Assembly (NCBI GenBank): GCA_051047955.1
Contig: JBPGPT010000042.1
Coordinates: 1 to 64,000 of the forward strand
Source of the DNA: Cystobasidiomycetes sp. EMM_F5
Lineage: Eukaryota
Direction: 5' to 3'
Length of the DNA: 64,000 nt
Of the stretch, positions 36,014 to 49,770 are shown in pieces (the stretch's first letter is position 1; the number at the start of each line of letters is the position of its first letter). The notes under the pieces were generated by a model. The model saw only the letters and a list, made by a program, of their open reading frames with translations, made no database searches and had not been told where the DNA came from. The position numbers and the translations under genes were made by a program.

Positions 36014-36406
36014 ATGTCAGAGCTGCGCGAGCACGACGACAGCATAAGCAAGAGTGAGGGACACGCTGATGACTATGCTGGCCGTTCTGGGCTCCCGCAA
36101 TCTACAGTCAGCGGTTTCGCAACGCAGAGTGACGATTTCAGCGAAGATGCAGACAACCACGATGACGAGCATGAGAGCGTTGACGAGGCTGAAGAGAACC
36201 ACTCTACCCATCAGTACAGCAGCAATCAGCACGCACGTTCGCAAGCAGTTCGCAACGCACGTCACTCAAGCGCAGGGCGGTCAAAGCGTCGTCAGGAACA
36301 AGCTGAAAGTGTGGAGATTCAAGTCGCTAGACTGCAGGACGAGTGCGCAAAGGCACGCGACAATTGCAACGCTCACAGGATTGGCCATGCGAGGCAAGCG
36401 ATTTGA
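36014..36406 (+). CDS. Small hypothetical protein (acidic N-half, basic/coiled-coil C-half)
   Basis: ATG 36014 opens MSELREHDD..., 130 codons with protein-like composition. No certain family; the 3' end could be spliced. Confidence 0.4.
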   Translation: MSELREHDDSISKSEGHADDYAGRSGLPQSTVSGFATQSDDFSEDADNHDDEHESVDEAEENHSTHQYSSNQHARSQAVRNARHSSAGRSKRRQEQAESVEIQVARLQDECAKARDNCNAHRIGHARQAI

Positions 36407-36856
36407 CCTTGGTCCGCGAGCTTGTCGTCAACGCGCGAAATGATTGAATACGAAATCGACGAGTACGTGATGGGCACCCGTCTGTTCCGGATTTGCTAGC
36501 TGACTCTGCGATTGTGCCGCTTCGGTTTCTGTTGCAGCCTGAAAGACGAAAGCTTGAAATGTCAAATGGAAGCTTCAAGGCAAATTGACTTTGTGTTAAT
36601 CTTGCCTCGACAGTTAGCGAGCCAGTATTTTCGCCGCTACACGACTGCTCTGCTCGGTTCTCGACGTTCGTTCTTTACCCAGGCGGAACACCCTGCGTCA
36701 CGATGTGAATGCCCCCGGAGATCTGGCGAGTAGTCAGTACACACAAATCTAAGCAAGTATCAGTTTCTCGTTAGCCTCTTCTTCAACCCATGATAAAAAT
36801 GTCAGTCTGCGAGGTTGTCAGTATACATATGTTGTCTGCCAGTCAATGTCTCAGTC

Positions 36857-37364
36857 ATGGCTACCACTGCGTTTATCCCCAAACGACCCATCGGGGCCCT
36901 GCGGGGCACTGTACTTGGCTTTCTGAGTGGTGTGTGCATCGTCTCTGGCGCTGGCTTCTACGTGCTCTTCGACCGGGTGAGTGGGTATATCCAATCTCCG
37001 CAGCATGAGCTCACTCTATCGCCAGTACACGACGGCATCCCGGCTGCTCCTCGAGTCGGTCTCTGAGCTCAAAGCGTCGAGTGTCGAGCTGCAGGGCTAC
37101 GCTCGTCGTCTGGAACAGCTCGAAGGGCGCATGAATGAGCTATCAGCGTCAATGGCAAACAAGACTGAACTGGCAGCAGTCAAGCGGGACAGCAGGTCGT
37201 TATATGTGGGTGTTATCAAGTGAATATCTACATTGACGATGGCTGATGTACTCTGTCAGGACGAGCTGAATCTATCGCACCTCGACGTGAAACGAGCGAT
37301 ATGGTCGCTAGAGGAGGACACCAAGCTGCTCCTGGACGAGCGAGCGAGGACTGTGCGAGTGTAG
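36857..37364 (+). CDS. Small single-pass membrane protein with coiled coil (conserved fungal hypothetical, possibly mitochondrial)
   Basis: Three exons give MATTAFIPKRPIGALRGTVLGFLSGVCIVSGAGFYVLFD-QYTTASRLLLESVSELK...LY-DELNLSHLDVKRAIWSLEED...VRV*. Confidence 0.7.
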
Positions 37365-37476
37365 CGGTGTATGCGGTGTAATCGTAATGAATGGTCGATG
37401 CGTTAGAGTATTTCTATTCATTACTTGCATTCATTCGTTGCCATTTCAATAATGCCTCCTTCTCTCTCCACCACCC

Positions 37477-40400
37477 ATGTCGACCGACGCAGAGCTGGCG
37501 TCCGAGGCTGCGCTGCATGATTTCCAGTCTCGTATCGCCCAGCTCGAGGCGCTCCACGAGGCTGACCAGCTCGAAGTGACTGCTCTACGTCGGAGTGAAG
37601 ATGAGGCTACCTCGCAACTGAGCAGCCTCAAGGGAGAGCAGGCAAAGCTCGAGCACCGCTTGGAACGGCAAGAGGAGGAGGCCAGGGCTGCACAGTCGAC
37701 GAGGGAGAGGGTCGAGGGGGAGAAGCGAGAGCTACTCGAAGCGTTGGCGAGGAGCGACGCCGACAAGCTGCAGCTGGACGGTCAGGGAATGGTAGATACG
37801 CTGATTCGATGGATAATGCTGACAATAATGCACCCGCAGAGTCCAATGCATCACTCCGGACAGCCCTCGCTTCAAGCCAGTCCTCGCTGCGAACCCTCCA
37901 AGGAACCCATTCAGCACTCATCGAAACAGACAGGTCAAACAAGCTGCGCCTGCAAGCGTTACAGGGAGAGGTAGAGATACTCCGCAAGGATAGAGACTGG
38001 CACCAGAGCGAGCTACAGAGGATATCGGAAGAGCGCGCTTCAGAGCGACGAGACAAGGTGGGTTGGTATTAGGTTGGGCGAGCTATGCCTAGAAGACTGC
38101 TGCGCTTACTAGACATGCTCGCAGAATGCTCAAATCACTCGCCTCCAAACCCAGCTCGATACAGCCTCAAGTTCACTGGAATCCAACACTACCGCACTGA
38201 CATCCCTTCGCACAGCGCACGCCGCGCTCGAAGCCCAACTAAGCACAGCACAAGCGAGCGTAGCAGATCTCACAGGTCAACTAGCCGAATCGGAAGCTTC
38301 CTTCAGATCAGAGATGGCAACATCTCAACGACTGAATCAACTGCTCGAAAGAAGGGAGGAGGAGACGAGACTGCGTCTGACCGAAGTAGAGAAGGAGTGG
38401 AAAGCAGCACAGGCCGAGATGGATGTCGCTCGTGCTACGTACGAGAGCGAGGTGGCAGAGGAACGTCGCAGAGGGGATGCCCTCGAAGACCGGGTCACCG
38501 AACTGCGAGACTTTGCCGATCGACTCGCTGCAGGTAACGCTTCGCTAGACGGCCTACCACAGTACACTTCTCCACGACAGTCTCAGCACATCGACGAGGA
38601 CGTCTTTGGCTCGCCCATGCCGCAGTCGCCCCGTTCCAGTACCATGCTAGGCTCGGCATCTACGCTGGCAATGAAGCTGCAGCGCTCTGGAGCAAAGTCA
38701 TACACTGACCTATACACTGCGTACGTCAAGTCTCAGGATGCCCTAGAGCTCGAAAGAGCCGAAGTCACCCGACTTGGGCAATGCTTGAATGATATACTCG
38801 CCGAGATCAGCGAGCGGGCGCCCCTTCTACGAGAACAGCGAGGGGAATGGGAGCGGGCTCTTGCGGAGAACAACCAACTCAGTGTAGCCTTGGTACGCGC
38901 TCTGGAAGCAAAGGACGTTGCGGAACGGCTTGCAGAAGATCGACGTTTGCAGCTGGATACATTTCAAGCGGAACATACACTGCAATCGCAGCAGCTTGAT
39001 GATACGTGTCGTCAAGTCAGGGTACTTGCGAAGCGCGTAGCTGTCTTGCAGGATCCGACAATCTTGGACAGGAGCGACGATCAGGATGACTTGGGCAAGG
39101 GATCGAACAACTCCGCAAGCGACATCGACGTCGAGAATGCAGATACGTACATATCTGCACATCTCGTAACGTTTGCCAGCATCGATGACTTGCAACGTCA
39201 AAATGCAAATCTACTCAAGATCGTACGAAGACTGGGTAATCGGATGGAGGCGGACGAAGCGTCTCGGTATGAGAAACAACGACGAGCAGAGAACGTTGCT
39301 GTGGAGGAGGCACACGATCTCATTCTCCGCTTGAAGGATGAGGTGCAATCACAGCGTGCACAACTTGCAGCACAGACCCGCGAGCGCGATATGCTTCGCC
39401 AGCTAGTCAAGTCGGGCGACTCGGCTGTTCCGTCAGACGATCAGCAGAATTCCAGTCCAAGGAGAGCGGCAAATGGCACATCCAGCGACAGCGGTCACCT
39501 ACAGCAGGAATTCGAGAACTACAAGACAGAAATGGCAGTTGATGCGCGTTCGCTTCGAGAAGATCTGGCTAGTGCGCGTCGAGAAGCATCCCAACTCAGC
39601 ATCAGTCTGGCGAGGGCTGAAGCCCAGCGCGACATGCAACAACAACGGTATCAGAGCCTGGAGGAAAGCCATAAGCGGCAGAGCAGGGATTTGGCAGATG
39701 CAGAGCGACGATCTGTTCAGCTTCAAATCAATATGAGCCGGCAGGATGAAGCGACAAGGCACGCGACTGAGAGCTTGCTTGAATTGCGTGCAAGTCTTGA
39801 GCGATTGCGCCACGAGAATGTAATTTTGACGGCCGAGAAGCAGGTCTGGAAGGTAAGACTGCGCGGATTGTCTTGGATTATGAGCACGTCTGACACGGTT
39901 CATGGAAAATCAGAACGTTGAGACGCGGTTGACGGAGGATAACGCAGCGCTGGCCGCTGAAAGGTCACACTTGGCCAATCTGATTCATAGCGTGCAGAGC
40001 ATGCATAATGAACTAGAACGATCTGATGCCGATGGCCGGAAGCGACTCGAGGATCAGCTTGGACGCCTACAAGCCGAATTAGAGATTACCAAGGCTCGAC
40101 TAATACAGGAGCAAGATGCGCTCCGACAATCTTCGTTACGAGCAGAGGCAGAGAGCAGAGACTTACAGAGTAGATTAAATAAGATAGTCAGCGGATCTTT
40201 TCTAAGCTTGGTAAAGTCACCCTGATGATGATGATTTTGCTACAGGCGACCGAGCATAGCGAAGCAAGAGAAGCTTTGCTTACATCAAAGCACGAATACG
40301 AACATGCACAACAGAAGGCTGAAGTTCTCGCACGGCAGACTGCAGCATACGAGGAAAAGCTCGCTGTATATGAAGGGCGACGTGTTGGCTCGACGGCGTC

Positions 40401-43400
40401 TGGCAGCAGTCAGACCCGAGAACAAGAACTGGAGGCGCAGATAGCGGAACTCCGGTAAGCAAGCGAAATATTTAATGACGAAATAAATGCTGATAGTCTT
40501 GCACCATTAGGGCTGATCTTGGGGCTGCACGAGTTGGAGCTGAACAGGCTCGCGGCCATGTTGAACAATACAAAGCGATTGCGCAAGCGCACGAGGAAAC
40601 CCTTGCTGAACTCAATAGTACGTATGAGACGTATAAGACCGGAATGGAAGCGACCGCAGCCAAGAAGGAGGTATGTGCTTGGAATAGGATTGCGTCGCAT
40701 TCGGCTCTCACTGACAGTTATTCTGTCACAGGCGGAGATCGAGAACCTCAGAGGGCGGGTTGAGAGTCTTACTGCTGATGTCTCCTCCGCAAACGATGAA
40801 GTTTCTGCACTACATCGATCATTAGAAGACCAGCGCTCTCAGTTTACCGCTGATCAGCAGAGCAATACCGATGTTATCGCAAACCTGCAGCGCGCTGAAG
40901 CAGAATTTAGTACCTTCCGGATAGCACTGCAAGCCGACTTTGACGCGCAGAAGCTACGTGCGCAAGAAGCGCACGACAAGTATCAAAACGAGCTTGTCTC
41001 GCACGCCGACGATGTCCGGACAATGTCGTTGCTGAAAGCAGAACTACAGAATGTGCAGATGCTACTCGACCAAGCGAGGCTATCATCGCAAACGGCCGAA
41101 AATAGTCTGACGTCTTCGCAAGCAAGCTGGAAGGAACAGATCTCAGTTCTACAGAGCGAACTGGACGAGCAGAGAAAACGCGCCACAGATTTGACGTCGC
41201 AAAACAGTATTCTCCACAACCATCTCCAAGAAGTCAGCGCGCAAGCTGCTACATTGAAGCCATTGGCGACTGGACCAGCATCGGAGGTCGGAGAGGTGGA
41301 AACCGATCTGAGTGTTGATTTATCGCATTCGACAGATCTGCAAGCTGTGGTGCGGTACATCCGGAGAGAGAAAGAGGTGGCGGAACTTCGGTTGGAGCTG
41401 AGTCGACAGCAAGAAGCCCGATACAAGCAACAGCTTGATCATGCAAACCGCTTGTTGGATGAGCGGACTCTGGAGCTATCGAAGGAGCAGCAACGAGCGG
41501 CTGGCAATGACCTCGCTGCAGCGCAACACGCCGATCTGCTGGAGAAGATTAGAAACATGAATCTCTTGCGTGAGAGCAACGAAACTTTGCGCCGCGACAA
41601 TGAGCGCCATGTGCAGAGATTACAAGACTTGGACGAGAAATTGCGAGAAGCCGAGAGTACCCTTGGACCGCTAAGAGAGCAAGTACGTCTGGCGTCAGTA
41701 GAGATTGAAGCCAGAGACAGAAATATCAAATTGCTGGAAGAAGACAACGCCCGGTGGAAAACAAGAACGCAACAGATCCTGCAAAAGTACGAGAGGATCG
41801 ATCCTGCCGAATTGGCCCAGCTGAAGGAAGAGCTCGACGTTGTCCGTGGATCACTACAAACCTTGCAAAAGGAGCATGCTGCCCTGGAGCTCCGAGCTAA
41901 CGCTATTACTGTGGATATGGACGATGCCAATAATCGGGTACGTCCAGGTTCTCCTAGCGAAACGCCTTTGGCTGAGCATTGCTCGATTGACATCCAAAAG
42001 GCCGAAGCTAGCGCCCAACGTTTCAAGCAACTACAACAAGTTGCGAGGCGACATCGAGATGAGCACACCGCAGCGACAGCTCAAGCCGAAACCACAAGAG
42101 TACGCAAGCAGAATCTACTGCATATTCTATTTCTGACAGGTTGAACAGGCTGAACTCGATGCGAAAGTCAAGAGTCTGACAGAGAACAAAGCTGACCTCG
42201 AAAACCGCATCAAAGAGCTTGAAGAGGATGCCACGACACGAGCGAACACTGTAGCGATGCCAGATCCCGAAGCACTTTCCGAGCTTACGAAGGAAAAGGA
42301 ACACCTGCAAAATGCTCAACAGGAAGCAGAGGCTGCAAAGAAGAAACTGGAGGAGGAGATCGAGGTGAGATGAACCAATATTTGGTTGCGAGATGCGTTT
42401 ATTGCTCACGTGGCTTGTAGGGATTGACCAAGCGGAATTCACTCCTTCTAAATGACAATAAACGATTCCGGGCGCAGATTGCCGATGGCCAGAACAAATT
42501 GGCGGAGGTAGAGAAGAATATGGCTACACAGATCGAGACAGCTGTTCGCGAGGCTCAAAGTGGAGCTAATGTCATCGATGATAAATCTGATTTAGCTGCA
42601 CTCGAGCAGAAACACGCTCAAGCGCAAGAGGCGGCGGTCGAGCAAGCTATCCAGCGCATAAGGCTTGAAGTTCAGTCTGAGTATGAGCAAAAGATTGCGG
42701 ATTTGCGAGCAGCACAATCCGACACAGAAGCAGGCGAACTGCCGTCCGGAATAGACGAAGCAGAAGCACAAAGGCGGGTGGAGACCGCCGTCCGCCAGAA
42801 GGAGGAAGAGATGTCCAAATCTGCACAGGCCAGACTGGACGACTTAGCCAAGAATGCACAAAATCGCGTAGACACTGTAAAGAAGCAAGTCGAAATGGCG
42901 ATGCAAACCCAAATCGATAATTTAGTAAAATCGCACAAGTCGGCAAAAGAGGCTCTGGAACGGGATCACAATGCAGCTCTGTCAAAGGCAGTGGGTGAAG
43001 CTCGTCAATCTGCAGCTGCTGCTGCAGGACAGGATGCCTCCGACAGTGCTGTAGAGGAGCGGATCACTCTTGCAGTCAAGCAAGCCGTGGAAGCGCTGGA
43101 GCTAACACACAAGACCGCTTTGGCAGAGAAGACTGCCGAAGTTGAGACCATGGCAAAACAACAATTCGAGCTGAAAGGAAAACTACGCGAGTCTCAAATA
43201 ACAGCCCTACGAAAGGAGGTGACGACATTGAAAGCCAAATTGGCAGATGCTACAGGAAGCGCAGTATCTGCATCACCTATATCGGCAACGCCAACGACCC
43301 CGACGGTAAAGACCACAACTCCGTCTACCCCGGGTGCGGCAGCGCAACCTCACCCCACGCCAGGAAGTTCGCCGAAGGGTCTTTCTATTGCTGGGCGCAG

Positions 43401-43695
43401 CAGCAGTCAAAGCAAAATTGTATCGCCCGTAGGCCTAGGACGTGGCGCTGGCCTCAGTATCGTCGGCACTGCAGCGGGAACGACCACGAACGCGACTGAA
43501 TCACCACAGCCGAATGGCGGAGCTGGCACTCCTACAGCAGCTCGAGGGAGGGGTAGAGGCGGCAGAGGGAGAGGGAGAGGTGCTATTGTGAGCAGCGCCA
43601 TGGCTGCAGCCACCGAAAATGCACCAGCCAAACGTACTCGCGAAGAGGAGAACGGAGATACGGAGGCCAAACGGAGAAAGGAAGGTCCGTCATGA
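37477..43695 (+). CDS. MLP1: Nuclear basket protein Mlp1/TPR
   Basis: Very long heptad coiled coil carrying TPR/Mlp blocks ILAEISERAPLL, HLVTFASIDDLQRQNANLLKIVRRL, YQNELVSHA, VVRYIRREKE, NLLRESNETLR and WKTRTQQILQKYERIDP. Disordered C-terminus with an NLS-like end. Confidence 0.9.
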
Positions 43696-43858
43696 CGAAT
43701 GTATAATTCACCTGCAATTTCTGCACGATCGCAGTAGTCCATTGCACGTGTCATGACCGATGTTACAACAGTCCTACAACAGAAGATGTTGTTGCATCTA
43801 TCGTTTCAAGCTACACGTTTTCCAACAGATCATTGCCGATGTTCCAAAGTCTATGCGC

Positions 43859-46800
43859 TCAATTTCGAGGCCCAAGGCCAAATTTCCCGAAGAAGTGCTT
43901 AACGCGTGACATCGCGACGGATCTCTTTGACGCGCTTGTGTTTGGCCTGGGGGGACGCGGAGTTTGGAAGTCTGGGTCTGCAGGATGGCGGAAAAGGGCG
44001 TCCCAGGGATTAGGAGTCATAGATCGCGCTGCAATATTGCGCGTCTCTGCTGTGCCTTCGATAGCTTTGACCGAATGCGTAGTAGTAGCTGCCGTTATGT
44101 GAATAGAGGATGCAGGCGGTACGGCGGCAGCAACCTTGTTGACTTGATTCGACAAGCTGATGCTACAAAAACATGTTAGCTGAGGCGTGTACATTGTATG
44201 ACTGCGGTCTCATTGAACGTGCCTGCTCGCAGCATTGACGTGGGAGAGAGATGAATTCATGATAGCCATCGCATGCAGCGTCTCTTCTTCATCCGGATCG
44301 CACACCTCTTGTGATGATTGAAGACTTTCACACAGACTATCTAGTGTACTGCCGTCATGTGTAGCTTCCGACGGCACAGTCTCGGGCGACCAGCACGAAC
44401 GAACGACAGCTTCGGCCATTACGTGCTCCGACACCGAAGAAATTTCAGAGTTGGAAGTCAGACGTCGAGCGTGTGCCAGGCTAGCGTCGCCTGCAGAACA
44501 ACTGTAAGCTAGATCACATATCATTACACGCTGCATACCGACCTTTGGTGACTAAGCACGTTTCAGGCTGTGGATGCTGCGGCGAGCTGATTCGAGATGA
44601 CTGCAGCGGGAGCCTGCTCAACATGGCTTCCTGCGAATATGACACTGGTGTCTTGCTACTTTCGTCAAGAGAGCCGGGCTTAACACAAGCTCGACGAGAT
44701 GACTTGGACACCTGCTTTTCGAGTGCCGTGCTGAGAGCACGAGACTCGCAGTCGCTAGTGATTTGCAATCCGTGGTGCATGTCCACATTGCGTGTTGGGG
44801 TTTCGCGTTTTGTTTCCGCCGTGTCGATGTGGATGTGCAAAACATCACCTTCGTACGATCCATCAGCTCTGATGCCTGCATGCGCGGCATACGTCAACCA
44901 GTGAGACTTGCATCGCAATACTGTGTCACTGTAATATAGGCAGGCTCACATTCATTTGGCAAGACGGTCCCGTCGCGGTCAACGATTGCATACGCATCTG
45001 CAGAGCAAGCGAGGATTAGTTTGGCAAGGGTGTAGAGCAAACGTGCAGATGCAAAGGACATGCCGTTCGAATTGACTGTAGTCTTGTGACTCCTGCCTTG
45101 CTTCGACAAATTTTCTGGGCGGCGTTTGTGTAAATTCAATGGTCTGACATTGTCCAGCTGGTCCGATGAGATCGAAGCTGGAGGGATGATATGAGCATCA
45201 GCGACTCTGTCCCGGAGACTTCCCACCTATTTATCATCACGAATGTGTGGACATACCAACAGCTGGCTTAATGACCTGCTTGGTGCCGTGCCCATGTAGG
45301 GAATTCTGACAGCCGTTCATTCCTTCGGCGCACTTGGGAACTATATCGCATTGCTTTAGCCTCCATCGACCGGCGTAGCATATGTCAAGTTACTCACCAT
45401 GAGTTCCAGCTGCCTGCATTGCTGAAAGCGATAGGGCTCCGTTGTAGGCAGGGATTTTGCTACGGGACGTTTCCGCCGTCTGATTATCGACATTGCGTAG
45501 GGCGTTGCCGAAAGCCCTAGACTTATTGGGTGTGATTGTCTCACGCTTGTTTGCCTCATTTTTTGGTGTTTGTGGCAAAGGCTGCTGAGGGGGACGCGGT
45601 CGAGTAGGTGTCAACGGCGTGGGTCTCAGCAAGAGAGGTCGGAGGCCAGTGGCAGACGTGGGCCGATTGGGAAGAGGCTGTGCTGGTGCTGGATCTCTGT
45701 ATACTGGCATTGCATGCTTGTCCTTAACAGCTTTGCGACGTGGTGGCTTGGGTGGCAGATCCTTCTTCTCGCGTGACAACGTAGTGCTGTAGTTGGCTTG
45801 GGCACTTTGTGAACGGACTTCAATGGCAATTCCGGTTTTCGTAGAAGCAGAAGCACCAGCTTGGATGTCAGGCATAGCCGGCCTTGGAGGAGCCACACCT
45901 TGCGCAAGGGGGTGGGCCGGAGAGCGGTATTCAGATGATCCCTGACTCGCCGAGGGCGACTCTACCTGTCTTCGGCTAGCAGAGTTGCTAGAGGGAGAAA
46001 GTGCAGCAGGTTCGCCTATTTCAAGACGTTGTTTTGGTCGCTGCCGGATAGCGCGGCTAGATCGGCGAATGAAGAAGGGATGTTGCAGGCCCATAGCGCA
46101 GCTAGGGAGCCGATGATCAATTGAAGGCTGCACCATGCGCTTGATCAAATCTTCCAATGCCAGCGAGAGGATGTACGGTTGCTCGAAAATTCCGCTTGTC
46201 GCACGCTTGTAGTAGATCTGTAAGGCTCTGTAATCCGATGTTCAGCCAATAAATCTATCACGATATCGACTGCTTCAGCTGACTCTGGAGTGAGAAATTC
46301 TTCAGTGACATTCTTCTCAAAAGGTGTGCGCCCGATGATGATTTCAAACATCGTAATGCCCAACGACCTGCCAAAAGAGTAAGTCTCATTATTTATCCTG
46401 TCTGAATAGATAATCATGAAGACATACCAAATATCAGCCAGGCGCTCGTCATGTTCCTCCTCCCTTTCTCTCTCCGGCGCAAGGTATTCTGGCGTTCCAC
46501 TGTAGACTAATTAGCTACTTTTCAAATGAACCTCGTGGAAATGCCTCACTATGACAGCTTGGAGTAGAATGGTGCAGGAGTAATGCCGAGCGGGGAGTAA
46601 CAATTAGCAAAGCCAAAATCTATCAGGACAGGCCGATAGTCGGCTGCAATGACGATGTTGGCTGAGAACAGGTGCACAATATGAGCTACTTGGTCTATTC
46701 GTCGATACTGTATCTGTATTCTCACCAGGCTTTATGTCATTGTGTGTGATTCCACACCTGTGCAGAAAGTCTACACCTTGCAAAAGTCCCGCAAAAACAC

Positions 46801-47810
46801 TTCGAGCCGTGCTTTCGGGTATGCCAGCTTTACGCGTGCAAATAGTCAGTTAGGGGAAGCCGATAAAGTCTGTCTCGCGCACTTTCGATTGTGCCCATGT
46901 GAAGCTGGACATGAAGATTTCAGTAACGTTGTTCGAGTAGAACAGAGTTAGCTTACATCCATGATGATCATCGACACTGTTATCAATCGCTTATCAGTAT
47001 TGTACACAAGCACGGTGACTATCACCCACTCGTAGGCAAATGTATGCTGATGAAGATCGCATTGACCAGAGTCAGCGGGACTCGAAAGGGTATAACAGAG
47101 TACTTACTATTCGTAAATTTTGATGACATTAGGATGGTCGTATTCTCTCAGAGCTTTACTGATCCTGTCGGCGTAAAGAGGATGAGCAGGCAGCAGGGAC
47201 ATGGCTTATGTGGCTACACACTGAAACTCCTTGTTTATGCTTGCGAGTCTTGCAGGTACTGTCTTATCTTCCTTGTTTCTCACAATGACTTTAGCTGCCA
47301 GGCAAAGACTTGGCTGCTCGACAATTTGCAACTGCCATACATCGCCCTGTCATCACAAGTCACGTCAGACGAGATTCCCGGTGCTCGTCCGCGTATGAGT
47401 CTACTCACCCAGTTTCCGGTTCCTAGATGTTCTTTGCACAAGAACCGCTTTGCAAACAACTCTTCTCGCGCATACCACTTTATATCCAGGGACGTTCTCC
47501 TCGATAGGGAACCATCGGCATTGATTATGGAATCTTCCGAGGTGAAGAATTTTGGGCAGTCGGGGGTTCGTGGCGGAGTGATGTTGTTGGAGGATCGTTG
47601 CGCAGCTGGCTGGAACGGAGCGTTTGGCTGCTGAGGTGTCGTGTGCAGAGGTCGTGATTGTTTCGGTACGGCGTAGCGTGTTGGCGTGTGCTGAGGATGC
47701 GGAGGCGTTTCGTTGTTGAGTTCGTAAGTGTGTGCACTCTTGACCGACATGTAATCTGGCCGGGAAATTGATGTGCTGGTGGGCGTTCTGAGGTGGGCAT
47801 GACGGGACAT
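43859..47810 (-). CDS. Ser/Thr protein kinase (non-RD, HNDIKP type) with long disordered C-tail
   Basis: Spliced motifs LGTGNW|GDVW, LAAKVI, THNDIKP|ANIVI, VLIDFGFA, YGTPEYLAPE and DIW|SLGITMFEIIIGRTPFE. The 3' exons are less certain. Confidence 0.85.
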
Positions 47811-48235
47811 GACGGCGTGACGGGACGTGAAAGATTAGCTAGACGACGGACGAAGTCCAGAATTGGGAGAGTCTTTGAGGCCAGTCGAGCATGAAGAGCA
47901 GCCGTCAGACTGTCACAGTGGTAGAGTGAGCGAGCAGGAATCCCTCGACAAATGAATATCAGCAATCAAAACAAAAACAAGACGGGAGCACCCAGTCGCA
48001 ACGTCGTCGTTGTTGTCGTTTTACGTGGATCCATGTAAATATTTGGGTCCTCGAGGGTGACGGGCGCGACGTCGGACCCAGTGGACGCCGTAAGCGAGAG
48101 TGATACATATTGAATATCAAATATCGTGCACCGTCGCAGAGCCCGTCAGCATTGTCAGTGTCAGTATCGCATCAGCTGTTGCGTCCATTCTCGTCGCCGG
48201 CAGCCCTCGACACCTCTGGACACCGCTGAACAGCA

Positions 48236-49770
48236 ATGTCGACTGCCTCTGCGACTCCGAGCACCGCGAGCTACCTCGTTTCGAGCTACTTTATCGCTGG
48301 AGCTGTAGCTGGAGTCAGCCTGGTCGCTGTCCTGGATGTGATAAACTGTCGGGCTGATTCGGAATGCATTATTACTGATATCCTTAGGCAGCCAGCAGGA
48401 CGGCAGTCGCACCGCTCGAACGGCAAGCTGACGTCTCCGCATTGACCCGTATTCCTATTCCACCACCATACTGACATATCTACCCATGTAGGCTCAAGAT
48501 CATTTATCAATGTCAGGGAAACAGTGCTGCGTATGGCGGCGTAGGAAGCGCACTGGCCAAGATCTGGCGGGAAGAAGGCATCAAAGGCATGTTTCGAGGT
48601 AACGGCATAAACTGCTTGCGCATAATGCCCTATTCGTGCGTGTTGAAAGAGCAAATTACGACTTGGTAGACCATTTCTGACCAAATTCGACATTATATGC
48701 GCAAATACGGACAGGGCTGTCCAATTTGTTGGTCATACACAATCAACTATCATCGGATGATTACTGATCTCCCTCTCCGCTGTATCCAGTCATCCTACGA
48801 GCAATTCAAAAAGCTGTTTTCGAACAATGGACAGCGGCAGCTCGATACGCCAATGCGACTGGCAGCTGGTGGCTTGGCCGGCATGTGCTCAGTCGTATCC
48901 ACATATCCGCTAGATTTGGTCCGCTCCCGCATAAGTATCGTGACAGCAAGCATAGGATCTGCCCAGTTGCAAGCGGCCGGCGGGGGGCAGGCGATACCGC
49001 TGCCAAAGGAGATCAGCATCCTAGGAATGACGTCCAAGGTCTTCAGAGAGGAAGGGGGTGTCCGTGGTCTGTATCGCGGAGTGAGTACTTCATATCTCGG
49101 TCTTCGCGGCCGATCCGGCCCCGCAAATCGTGCCAAACTGATGAAAACACGGCCAATAGATAGGGCCCACGTCGGCGGGCGTCATTCCATATGTGGCCGG
49201 AAATTTCTGTACGAAATCGATTTCCTTCTCAGCGCAAATTCAGCTACTTACCATTGTTTTTCCAGATTTTTACGGTACCCTGAAGGATTACTTCTCCGCA
49301 CCTGATGAATCGCTCTCCGCCATCGGCAAATTGGCTTGCGGAGCTCTCAGTGGTGCGGTATCACAAGGACTTACATATCCGCTTGATGTCCTTCGCCGGA
49401 AAATGCAAGTCACTGGCATGAAGGACAAAGTCAATTTCAAATATAAGAGTGCGCGACTGCAGCACGGATGTCACAAGGATATAGTATACACTGATACGGT
49501 ATACATTCAGACTCATTTGATGCTATACGGACTATTGTCCAAACCGAGGGCTTCACGGGCCTTTACCGCGGCATATGTAAGTTGAAACAGTCTATCAGGA
49601 GGGACTTGATTAATATCATACCTATACAGACGTCAACATGCTCAAAGTAGCTCCTGCTATGGGGATATCTTTTTACGCATAGTAAGCCGATATCTTCTTC
49701 CCTGGGTGTGATCATTTCTCAAATCGTCGTCTTCCGCAGTGAGACTACTAAGCAATGGATGGGCGCGTAG
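48236..49770 (+). CDS. Mitochondrial carrier (SLC25; YPR011C/SLC25A42-like nucleotide/CoA clade)
   Basis: Three carrier signatures (APLERLK, YPLDLVRSR, YPLDVLRRK), plus REEGIKGMFRGNGINCLRIMPYSAVQF. Ends TKQWMGA*. Confidence 0.9.
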
